A DNA stretch of 32,000 nt from Oikeobacillus pervagus (lineage in GTDB: Bacteria > Bacillota > Bacilli > Bacillales > DSM-23947): NCBI RefSeq assembly GCF_030813365.1, contig NZ_JAUSUC010000012.1, forward strand, positions 1-32,000, written 5' to 3'. The notes under the pieces were generated by a model. It did no database searches. It saw nothing but the letters and a program-made list of their open reading frames with translations, and was not told the origin of the DNA. Position 1 is the first letter of the stretch. Every line of letters begins with the position of its first letter. A program made the translations under genes and the position numbers. Below are positions 17,045-24,144 of the stretch, piece after piece.

Positions 17045-17335
17045 TTAACAATTTGATCTTGGTCCATTTCGGAGAACAAGTTGTTTGAAACCAAGAAATT
17101 TAAATAAACCTACAACATATTTCTCAGATACCGTCTTTAAGCGCGGGTCAATGACCGTTTGGATCCCATCAATTTCTTCAATCCTATCATTTGAACGTGG
17201 TTCATCCAGAACCACGGAAATCATTGGCCCTCCTCAACCAACACCTGAAACAGCTACACGCAACACTATTTCCCGTTTGCTTTTTTGGATTTTTTCACGA
17301 ATATATTTCTGAGCATCTTCTGTTATGATCATCAT
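17045..17335 (-). CDS. HesB/IscA-like small protein with an in-frame TGA at codon 34 (candidate selenocysteine; otherwise a pseudogene or split gene)
   Basis: Hand translation gives MMIITEDAQKYIREKIQKSKREIVLRVAVSGVG-[TGA 17234-17236]-GGPMISVVLDEPRSNDRIEEIDGIQTVIDPRLKTVSEKYVVGLFKFLGFKQLVLRNGPRSNC*. A GAGGTGA SD, its own promoter and its own terminator are present. The TGA aligns with the conserved Cys of the GGGCSG HesB motif. Absent from the ORF track. Confidence 0.6.
17189..17221 (-). promoter_or_regulatory. SECIS-like hairpin 12 nt downstream of the in-frame UGA
   Basis: Minus strand reads AUUU-C-CGUGGUUC-[UGGAU]-GAACCACG-UUC-AAAU. It has an 8-bp perfect upper stem and a G-containing apical loop starting 26 nt from the UGA. 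Confidence 0.45.
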
Positions 17336-17357
17336 GAATCACCTCGCATTCTTAACA

Positions 17358-17401
17358 TATACCTATATAGGTATAATACAAAAGAATGATGCTTTTCTCA
17401 A
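17358..17401 (-). promoter_or_regulatory. Sigma-A-type promoter of the HesB-like gene overlapped by an 18-bp perfect palindrome
   Basis: On the minus strand: -35 TTGAGA (17396-17401), 17-nt spacer, -10 TATTAT (17373-17378). The palindrome TATACCTAT|ATAGGTATA lies at 17358-17375 and overlaps the -10/+1 region. Confidence 0.5.
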
Positions 17402-17440
17402 CTTAAAAGACGAAATCATTTTCCTTTAGTTTACTCCGCT

Positions 17441-17476
17441 AAAAAAGAAAAACCCTGCAAGCATCTAATTGCAGAG
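17441..17476 (-). terminator. Terminator of hpf
   Basis: Minus strand reads CTCTGCAA-TTAGATGC-TTGCAGGG followed by TTTTTCTTTTTT. Confidence 0.75.
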
Positions 17477-17517
17477 ATTTCCAAACATTCAATCGGCCTT
17501 TATTTTTTTAAAATCAC

Positions 17518-18063
17518 TTAGTTGGTTTCGATTAAGCCGTATTTTCCATCTTTGCGTTTGTATACGATATTTGTGTTATTAGAATCAGCGTCTGTGTAAA
17601 TAAAGAAATTATGACCGAGTAGATTCATTTGAAGAATCGCTTCTTCACTGTCCATCGGTTTCAAATCAAATTGTTTTGTACGGACGACTGGAAGTTCAGT
17701 CTCTTCTTCTTCTGCTGCAGCTCCATTCACTGTAGCAAATAATTCTTTCGTACTTCCTTGTTCACGGAATTTACGATTAACCTTTGTTTTGTGTTTACGA
17801 ATTTGTCGTTCTAACTTATCAACGATTAAGTCTATTCCTGCATACATATCTTCATGACGCTCCTCTGCGCGTAAAACAAGATTTGGAAGAGGAATCGTTA
17901 CTTCTACTTTAGATGTTTTATCAGTATACACTTTCAAGTTGACGTGTACATTTGCGTTAGGAGTTTCATTAAAATAACGCTCTAATTTTCCAATCTTTTT
18001 CTCGACGTATTCACGAATCGCCGGAGTTACCACAATGTTTTCACCACGAATGTTATAGTTCAT
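17518..18063 (-). CDS. hpf: Ribosome hibernation promoting factor, long form (YvyD)
   Basis: 181 aa. The N-terminal S30AE/RaiA domain begins MNYNIRGENIVVTPAIREYVEKKIGKLERYF. The C-terminal dimerisation domain includes FFIYTDADSNNTNIVYKRKDGKYGLIE. GGGGGAG SD upstream. Confidence 0.95.
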   Translation of the reverse strand: MNYNIRGENIVVTPAIREYVEKKIGKLERYFNETPNANVHVNLKVYTDKTSKVEVTIPLPNLVLRAEERHEDMYAGIDLIVDKLERQIRKHKTKVNRKFREQGSTKELFATVNGAAAEEEETELPVVRTKQFDLKPMDSEEAILQMNLLGHNFFIYTDADSNNTNIVYKRKDGKYGLIETN

Positions 18064-18102
18064 AATGTAAACTCCCCCTTAACTTAAGTACTATACTTAT
18101 AT

Positions 18103-18128
18103 ATTCTGTTGTTCCCTTTTAAAATCCT
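18103..18128 (-). promoter_or_regulatory. Possible sigma-H-type promoter for hpf
   Basis: Minus strand reads AGGATTT-N14-AGAAT, about 40 nt upstream of the ATG. This matches the sigma-H consensus RWAGGAxxT-N14-HGAAT, and B. subtilis yvyD is known to have sigma-B and sigma-H promoters. Confidence 0.35.
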
Positions 18129-18390
18129 GCTTATCCCCTTAAAATAATTTGTCGTTTTTTTTACAAAAATAGGTCAAAATGTTGAACAGGATCGAATGAT
18201 TAAATATAATTCATCTTCATCACCTTTTTCAGGGCTATCCCCTCTTATGCTTCAAGCCTTCCTCTATGGTTTCCCCTTCAGTTGGTCCACATCTATTCCT
18301 TTTTTATCAAAAAACTTCCAGCAAAAAGAAGGAAATTCCTAATTAATAATGTATACTATAGTAATAGTAAATTAGAAGGAGGATTTATGA

Positions 18391-18570
18391 ATGAGTGTTA
18401 TTAGTGGTGTCGGAGAAGGCCCTGTTTCGCAATTTGTCATGCTAAATAAACAAAACGCAGAACAAGTAATTCAAGAGCAAATCAAAGAAGTGGTAGAGGA
18501 CCCAGCGAAGCGAATTAAAGAACTACAACAACCCTCCCCTTTTTCACAATTTTTAGATATAAAAATATAA
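18391..18570 (+). CDS. YjfB-family putative motility protein (59 aa)
   Basis: Hand translation gives MSVISGVGEGPVSQFVMLNKQNAEQVIQEQIKEVVEDPAKRIKELQQPSPFSQFLDIKI. A GAAGGAGG SD lies upstream. The size and the C-terminal ...LDIKI ending are typical of YjfB_motility proteins. Below the ORF-track cutoff. Confidence 0.65.
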   Translation: MSVISGVGEGPVSQFVMLNKQNAEQVIQEQIKEVVEDPAKRIKELQQPSPFSQFLDIKI

Positions 18571-18599
18571 AGCACCATTGGATTTAAGGTGCTTTTTTT
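18570..18599. terminator. Bidirectional terminator between the yjfB-like gene and the fliS paralog
   Basis: AAGCACC-ATTGGATTTA-GGTGCTT followed by TTTTTTT on the plus strand, with an A-rich 5' flank serving the minus strand. Confidence 0.7.
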
Positions 18600-18996
18600 A
18601 TATTTTGTTTTTCTTAAAGTACATGTTCCGGTAATGTCGGTAACCATCTTTCCACATAGAATATAAATGACATACGTATTCTTCAATTTCATCAAGAAGG
18701 GCGAAACTCTTCTCTACATTCGCTTCAATGATTTTGCGGTGAATAAAATCATACAAAATGAATAAATTTTCCCCTTCTTTTTCTTCTAAATTCACCATTG
18801 CAGCTATTTCCAACATGATCTGCTGTGCCTTTTTTAATTGAGAATTGATGTCTCCTATATCATCAGCCATCATAGCTTCTTTTGCTTTTTCAATCGTTTT
18901 CATGCATTCCTGTAAAAGCCTAATCGTCCATTCTACAGGTGAAGTCGTCGAAGTCTTTGTTTGATTATAAATATTGATCACTTTTTGTTGTCTCAT
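18598..18996 (-). CDS. FliS-family flagellar export chaperone, second divergent copy
   Basis: 132 aa, collinear with the canonical FliS at 20400-20801 (SPVEWTIRLLQECMKTIEKAKEAM.. / NLFILYDFIHRKIIEANVEKSFALLDEIEEYV vs MMSLYDYMNRRLIEANLKNDLAILHEVEELV). GGGGTGAG SD upstream. Confidence 0.8.
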   Translation of the reverse strand: MRQQKVINIYNQTKTSTTSPVEWTIRLLQECMKTIEKAKEAMMADDIGDINSQLKKAQQIMLEIAAMVNLEEKEGENLFILYDFIHRKIIEANVEKSFALLDEIEEYVCHLYSMWKDGYRHYRNMYFKKNKI

Positions 18997-19042
18997 TTCT
19001 CACCCCGGTTTATCCTTAAAGATTATCCCCTTCCATTTTCCT

Positions 19043-19068
19043 TAAAAAAATGCTTAAAATGACGATAT
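19043..19068 (+). promoter_or_regulatory. Sigma-D-type promoter of the flagellin paralog
   Basis: TAAA-N14-GACGATAT compared with the sigma-D consensus TAAA-N15-GCCGATAT. It lies 40 nt upstream of the start codon. Confidence 0.6.
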
Positions 19069-19107
19069 TAACAATGACATAATTTTTCCTAGAAAGAGGT
19101 GATGACA

Positions 19108-19917
19108 TTGAAAATCCAAAACCAAACCATGATCGCATATTCTGTCAATCGTTACCAAAGAAACGACAAAATGATTGGAAAATCCATTGAGAAATTATCC
19201 TCTGGCATCAAAATAAATCGAGCTAATGATAATGCATCTGGGCTCGCCATCTCAGAAACGATGCGTGCTCAAATGCGCGGAATCTCCCAAGCACAAAGAA
19301 ATATGCAAGATGGACTATCCGTCTTACAAGCTGCAGACGAAGGTCTCAGTCATGTGAATGGATTATTACAAAGAGCCCGCGAGCTCTCCGTGATGAATGC
19401 TAGTGATACACTCACACATGAAGATCGACAAGCTAGCCAAATTGAACTGAATCAATTAATGGAAGCAATAAATGATACTGCAGACAAACTTGAGTTTAAT
19501 ACGAAGAAAATTCTTGGGGAAAATACTCCTCTTGAATTAATGGTTGGATCCAATCCTGGGCAAAAAATCACAATAAACCTTATGGATGTTAGTACAGAAG
19601 CACTCGATTTACAAAATGTCTCCTTATTAACCCAAGAAAATGCAGAACAGCTCATAAAGAAAATGGATAAGGCCATTACAACGATCACGGGCCATTTAAC
19701 GAAAATCGGCTCGTACTATGAAGCAGTCGAACATCATATTAAAAATGCCATAGTATTCGAATCAAACTTAACGACATCTATTTCCATGCTAAAAGACACT
19801 GAGATGGCGAAGGAAATGACCCATTATACGAGTTTAAGTATTCGTCAAAAAGGGGATCAACTATTAGTTGCAGAGGTCAATAATAGCGTAAAAGAAATCT
19901 TGAATTTATTATCTTAG
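19108..19917 (+). CDS. Short divergent flagellin-family protein (269 aa)
   Basis: The flagellin N-domain KIQNQTMIAYSVNRY..IEKLSSGIKINRANDNASGLAISETMRAQMRGISQAQRNMQDGLSVLQ is present, as is the C-domain DTEMAKEMTHYTSLSIRQKGDQLLVAEVNNSVKEILNLLS. TTG 19108 is preferred (AGAGGTGA SD 5 nt upstream, giving MKIQNQ like the canonical MRINHN). GTG 19099 and ATG 19102 are alternatives. Confidence 0.85.
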   Translation: MKIQNQTMIAYSVNRYQRNDKMIGKSIEKLSSGIKINRANDNASGLAISETMRAQMRGISQAQRNMQDGLSVLQAADEGLSHVNGLLQRARELSVMNASDTLTHEDRQASQIELNQLMEAINDTADKLEFNTKKILGENTPLELMVGSNPGQKITINLMDVSTEALDLQNVSLLTQENAEQLIKKMDKAITTITGHLTKIGSYYEAVEHHIKNAIVFESNLTTSISMLKDTEMAKEMTHYTSLSIRQKGDQLLVAEVNNSVKEILNLLS

Positions 19918-19967
19918 TATGTTATTTCTCGATGAAATTCAAGAAAATGTGGATCATTCATACTCGG

Positions 19968-20005
19968 GAGAACACGACTTTATGCGTAAAGCCGTGTTCT
20001 TTTCC
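19968..20005 (+). terminator. Terminator of the flagellin paralog
   Basis: GAGAACACG-(16-nt loop)-CGTGTTCT followed by TTTCC. Confidence 0.55.
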
Positions 20006-20049
20006 TTGATCTATTATTGCCTATTTCGTCATTTAGAAACAAATATTTT

Positions 20050-20400
20050 CTAATTCCTCCTGTCGTAAAATACCCCATCTGACTGAAGGGATTTATAGGG
20101 ATTCACATACTTTTGAACAGAGGTTTTCTTTTTCTTGACCTCTTGCATATCAGCTTGAATTTGCAAACGAATTTTTTTTAGATGTCCATCCAAAAGACGG
20201 TTCCATGCCATTATTTGTTTTCCCATCCGTTCTTCCTCTACCGTAAATGGTGGCTGGATTTTAGGAAGCAGATCCTCTCTTTTCTCCAACAGTCTTTCAA
20301 TCTCATCCAAGATTTCTTCCCGTTCCGTTTCGTCGATAGGTCTTTGGACAAGGTCAAGCAATTGTTTTGTAACAATCAAACATTCTTGGACGACTGACAT
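20050..20400 (-). CDS. fliT: Flagellar export chaperone FliT
   Basis: 116 aa from ATG 20400 (MSVVQECLIVTKQLLDLV...). The start overlaps the fliS stop as TAATG. The protein is helical, and its size and position after fliS match B. subtilis fliT. The 136-aa track ORF is an N-terminal over-extension into fliS. Confidence 0.8.
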   Translation of the reverse strand: MSVVQECLIVTKQLLDLVQRPIDETEREEILDEIERLLEKREDLLPKIQPPFTVEEERMGKQIMAWNRLLDGHLKKIRLQIQADMQEVKKKKTSVQKYVNPYKSLQSDGVFYDRRN

Positions 20401-20801
20401 TAAATTTGGCCACCTTGACCATATTGTTGCTTGCGATTTAGCTGAATGACTTGTTTCCAAGTATCACGAAATTCTATCACAAGCTCCTCCACCTCATGTA
20501 AGATGGCGAGATCATTTTTTAAATTCGCTTCAATGAGACGGCGATTCATATAATCATAAAGTGACATCATATTTTTAGAAACTTCCACATCCATATTTAA
20601 CGTCACCATTAATTCAGATACGATATTTTGTGCCTTTTGGATATTCGTATTTTTAGATTCAATATTATGATCTTCTATCGCTTTTTTCGCTTGATGAATA
20701 AACTTTAAGCAACCATTGTATAGCATAAGTGTCAGTTCACCTGGTGATGCTGTTGTTACCGTGTTGTTCTTGTATGCTTGATATGGATTATTTAAGGCCA
20801 T
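20400..20801 (-). CDS. fliS: Flagellar export chaperone FliS
   Basis: 133 aa with NPYQAYKNNTVTTASPGELTLMLYNGCLKFI and LYDYMNRRLIEANLKND. AAAGGAGAG SD upstream. Confidence 0.93.
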   Translation of the reverse strand: MALNNPYQAYKNNTVTTASPGELTLMLYNGCLKFIHQAKKAIEDHNIESKNTNIQKAQNIVSELMVTLNMDVEVSKNMMSLYDYMNRRLIEANLKNDLAILHEVEELVIEFRDTWKQVIQLNRKQQYGQGGQI

Positions 20802-20840
20802 TTTTTATCGTCTCTCCTTTAAATTTTACAATTTACCAAA

Positions 20841-22937
20841 TTACATACCGCCGCCAAACTGCTGCATTAAATACATCATTTGTTGATTGGAACGTTGTAT
20901 CGCTTTCTCCATTGCATTGAATTGTTTCCAGTAGCGATCTTCTACATACTTTAAGCGATCTTCAAAGCTCTCAATTCGATCTCCAACATTGTTCAATTCC
21001 CGTCCAATGGCAAATTGATGATTCACAGAAAATGATTTTCCTGCTTTCTCGTTTAATTGATCCATCGTTTTGCTAACCGTATCATAAAGGCGATGAATCA
21101 CTCCTTTTTGAGAATTTGTTGCACCATCCCCTCTAAAGAAGTTTTCAATTGCCTGTGGATCTTCTTCAATCGCTTTTTTCAATTTTGCTTCATTAATTTC
21201 AAGTTTACCACCCTCTAAATAATTGGACGTGGTCGTAATTCCTATTTTGGCAAGCTGATTAAATAATGAAGCCCTATCGTTTAACACCGGCTGTGAGAAA
21301 TCCATCCGCATTTGGGTGAGTATACTACCAAGTATTGGATCGCGGCGAAGCAATCCGCTTTTCGCTTTTTCCTCCCATTGTTCCTGCTGTTTATCCGAAA
21401 GTTGTTCCCGCTGTTCATCCGTTAGGGGCTTGTATGAGCGATATCGTTCCTCACTTGTCTTTTTCTGAATTTTATCAATGATCTCGTTGTAATTTTTCAC
21501 AAATTCCTTAATGTTTTCGAATACCTTTTCACTGTCGTTATGGATGCTGATCGATACAGGCGATATCGTTGTATCTGTTATTGAATCAAACGTTTGTTTT
21601 AAAGTAAAAGTCACACCGTTCATTTCAAAAGTGTTTGAATGTCGATTTGTTTCCAAGCCATTGATCGTAAATTTTGCATCCTTCGCTACTTGAGTTACAG
21701 ATGCTTCGCTAAATCTTAAAACATCTCGTAAAAAGCTATTCGAATCATCCGCAAGATTTAATAAAATTTCGTCCCCCTTTTTATTAAAATCTCCCGTTTC
21801 ATTTCTAGTCATAGTCATCTGGCTTGTGACATCGTCATAAAACATCGTGACACCTAGACTTGAACTATTGACTTTATTGACAATTGTATTCATGGAGTCT
21901 CTTCCGTCAATTAAAAAGGATTCGTACCTTTCCCCTTTGGAAGTATGAGTTTCCATGGACATCGTGGTGTATTTTGCATCATCAGATTTATATGTTATTT
22001 CTAGGCTGACCGTTTCCTTTGAACCATCGGGCAAGAGAATACTTTTACCTTCGTCAGTAAATGTAATTTTCCCATCCGGGTCTAAGGTGCCAAGTTTCTT
22101 TCCATCTTTTGAGATTTCCCCATTACTGACTGTTAAATCGCTGATATTCTCTCCATTTTTCAACTTTAATGTAACATCTGCTACATTCCTATATGATAAT
22201 TTCCATTCATTCGTATCCTTGCTTAATGTTAAGGTTTCAGTTTTCGTTTCAGAAATATATCCTACACGGACAATGCTATCTTTTGCCAACTCATGATTAA
22301 AGGTGAGTTCCCCCGTAGTGGAATCAATCATCACCTCTTTTAAATTCGAGCCTTCAGAATTTGAAAACTCAGACACAACCTTATACCCTACACCATTTAC
22401 TGTGACAGTCCAGTCGCCAATACTATCCGCTTTTATATTTTGCAATCCTAAGTCCATTTTTTTAGTTGCCGATGTCGTATTTTTTTGTTTACTTTGAACA
22501 AATCCGTCTTTCCACATCCCACTAACACCTTGATAGGTAAACGAATCTTTTTGTTTGTACAGCCCTTTGGTAGCATCAAATTCTTTATCATTGGCAATGA
22601 TGCTCCCTCCATTTCTCTTGGTTTCAGCAGTCGCTAATTGCGAAACTTGCGAAATAGAATAAGAAGATTGTCCAGCAGCGCTAGTTGCTGTTGCTGTCAC
22701 ATATGATTCATTTGTAGATGAAGTTGTTCGCACTCGATAATTCGTTGTTAGTTTCATTTGAGTGAGCTGGGAGCGAAAATCTAATAGAAGTGAATTTATA
22801 GACCGATAATCATCTCGCTGCCATTCTAATATTTGTTTCTTTTGTTTTAATTTATCAAGCGGCATTCTTTCCGCTTTCATTAAGTCCTTAACAAGTTGGT
22901 CAATATCCATCCCACTTGCTAAACCACCTATTCTCAT
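20841..22937 (-). CDS. fliD: Flagellar filament cap protein FliD (HAP2), enlarged 698-aa form
   Basis: N-terminus MRIGGLASGMDIDQLVKDLMKAERMPLDKL and C-terminal FliD domain (..RYWKQFNAMEKAIQRSNQQMMYLMQQF). GGGGAG SD upstream. Confidence 0.93.
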   Translation of the reverse strand: MRIGGLASGMDIDQLVKDLMKAERMPLDKLKQKKQILEWQRDDYRSINSLLLDFRSQLTQMKLTTNYRVRTTSSTNESYVTATATSAAGQSSYSISQVSQLATAETKRNGGSIIANDKEFDATKGLYKQKDSFTYQGVSGMWKDGFVQSKQKNTTSATKKMDLGLQNIKADSIGDWTVTVNGVGYKVVSEFSNSEGSNLKEVMIDSTTGELTFNHELAKDSIVRVGYISETKTETLTLSKDTNEWKLSYRNVADVTLKLKNGENISDLTVSNGEISKDGKKLGTLDPDGKITFTDEGKSILLPDGSKETVSLEITYKSDDAKYTTMSMETHTSKGERYESFLIDGRDSMNTIVNKVNSSSLGVTMFYDDVTSQMTMTRNETGDFNKKGDEILLNLADDSNSFLRDVLRFSEASVTQVAKDAKFTINGLETNRHSNTFEMNGVTFTLKQTFDSITDTTISPVSISIHNDSEKVFENIKEFVKNYNEIIDKIQKKTSEERYRSYKPLTDEQREQLSDKQQEQWEEKAKSGLLRRDPILGSILTQMRMDFSQPVLNDRASLFNQLAKIGITTTSNYLEGGKLEINEAKLKKAIEEDPQAIENFFRGDGATNSQKGVIHRLYDTVSKTMDQLNEKAGKSFSVNHQFAIGRELNNVGDRIESFEDRLKYVEDRYWKQFNAMEKAIQRSNQQMMYLMQQFGGGM

Positions 22938-22951
22938 CTTTACAACTCCCC

Positions 22952-23299
22952 TTATATTTTTTTATCTACTAATAAGCCTAAATACTCCGTCATGGACGCA
23001 TATAAATCTAATAATTTCTTGGGTGGAATTTCTTTTATCACTTCGTTCGTTTGATCATCCACAATCGCTACATAGTATTCTTGCAATTTTTCATGGAATT
23101 CGAATTTTAAATGAGTATTAGAAGGTTTTAAAAATTCATTCATACTATTGATGACTTTATCAACCTTTTCCTTTGACTGTGCTCGTTGAAGTAGATCCTG
23201 TTGTTCAGCTATTTGCTCTTTCATCTTAGCTGTGATTTCCAATTTTTTCACTTGTACATTCGCGAGTGGATGTATAGGATTTGACACCTTCTCCAACAT
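22952..23299 (-). CDS. flaG: FlaG family flagellar protein
   Basis: 115 aa with LKFEFHEKLQEYYVAIVDDQTNEVIKEIPPKKLLDL, typical of FlaG/YvyC. GAAGGAGG SD upstream. Lies directly upstream of fliD. Confidence 0.88.
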   Translation of the reverse strand: MLEKVSNPIHPLANVQVKKLEITAKMKEQIAEQQDLLQRAQSKEKVDKVINSMNEFLKPSNTHLKFEFHEKLQEYYVAIVDDQTNEVIKEIPPKKLLDLYASMTEYLGLLVDKKI

Positions 23300-23336
23300 T
23301 TTGCAAAGCCTCCTTCAGCTTACATCTCTATTTCTT

Positions 23337-23363
23337 TTATCGGTAAAATAATAGGATTGTTTA
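23337..23363 (-). promoter_or_regulatory. Sigma-D-type promoter of the flaG-fliD-fliS-fliT operon
   Basis: Minus strand reads TAAA-N15-ACCGATAA, about 38 nt upstream of the flaG ATG. Confidence 0.6.
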
Positions 23364-23510
23364 TAGTGAGCCCTTGGAAAGGAAAGGGATATATTGTTGG
23401 ACATATCAATAGGAATAAAAAAAAGAACCTACTAATGTAAACTTTTGTTTGGGAGGCTCCATATGGAAAGGTTTGCTGGAATAATAAAGGATATTTCTTG
23501 GGGTTAACAA

Positions 23511-23888
23511 CTAAAGGAAAGAAAGTTTTGAGGTGTCTTGATCTTTTTGTCTTTGCAAGCGCTCCACTTCTACCTCTAATGTGTAGAGACGTTTGTTTAA
23601 TGCTGATGTTTTCACATCAACATGCTCGATTATTTTATCTGTATATAACCCAATACTTTCTATCATGTTTTTTTGGAAACGTTCCTGACCCTCTTTCAGT
23701 CCAATAAGTTCATGACGCATTTCCTTTTGTTGCTCTTCTAAATTCATTTGGCGAATTTCTAAGTTTTCTTGCCTTTTTTCGAGGTTTTTCTGTCTATCCT
23801 CTAGGTTCTTTTGCCCCTCTTCAATTTTCCCCAGTCGAGTATTCACATGTTTCATTTCTTGCAAAATTTGTTTTAACGTATTCTCCAC
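23511..23888 (-). CDS. Coiled-coil protein with five tandem heptads, unknown function
   Basis: GTG 23888 (VENTLKQILQEM...) has an AAGGAGG SD 7 nt upstream. The core is EGQKNLE-DRQKNLE-KRQENLE-IRQMNLE-EQQKEMR. No TM segment or signal peptide. Confidence 0.65.
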   Translation of the reverse strand: MENTLKQILQEMKHVNTRLGKIEEGQKNLEDRQKNLEKRQENLEIRQMNLEEQQKEMRHELIGLKEGQERFQKNMIESIGLYTDKIIEHVDVKTSALNKRLYTLEVEVERLQRQKDQDTSKLSFL

Positions 23889-24144
23889 TTTGCGACCTCC
23901 TTTCATCTTTCCCCCATTATAGCATGACTATTTTTTAGAAACGATAGAGTGATTTTTTTACAAAAGCTTATCCATCTCATACAAATATCATATTTTTGTA
24001 AATATAGTTACAAAAATGTAATATTTCATTTCCCGAACACTATGATTATGCTAAACTATTAATAGTCTTTTACAATAATCTGGTAAAATATCCATTAGAT
24101 TAGCAAAAATTGAGATATTATGTTGTCTACGAGGAGGATAAGCA

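Noticed and set aside
17085-17312. 75-aa plus-strand ORF from the track
   Set aside because: It lies antisense to a better-supported minus-strand HesB-like frame that has a promoter, SD and terminator. It has no SD of its own and its sequence has no recognisable features.
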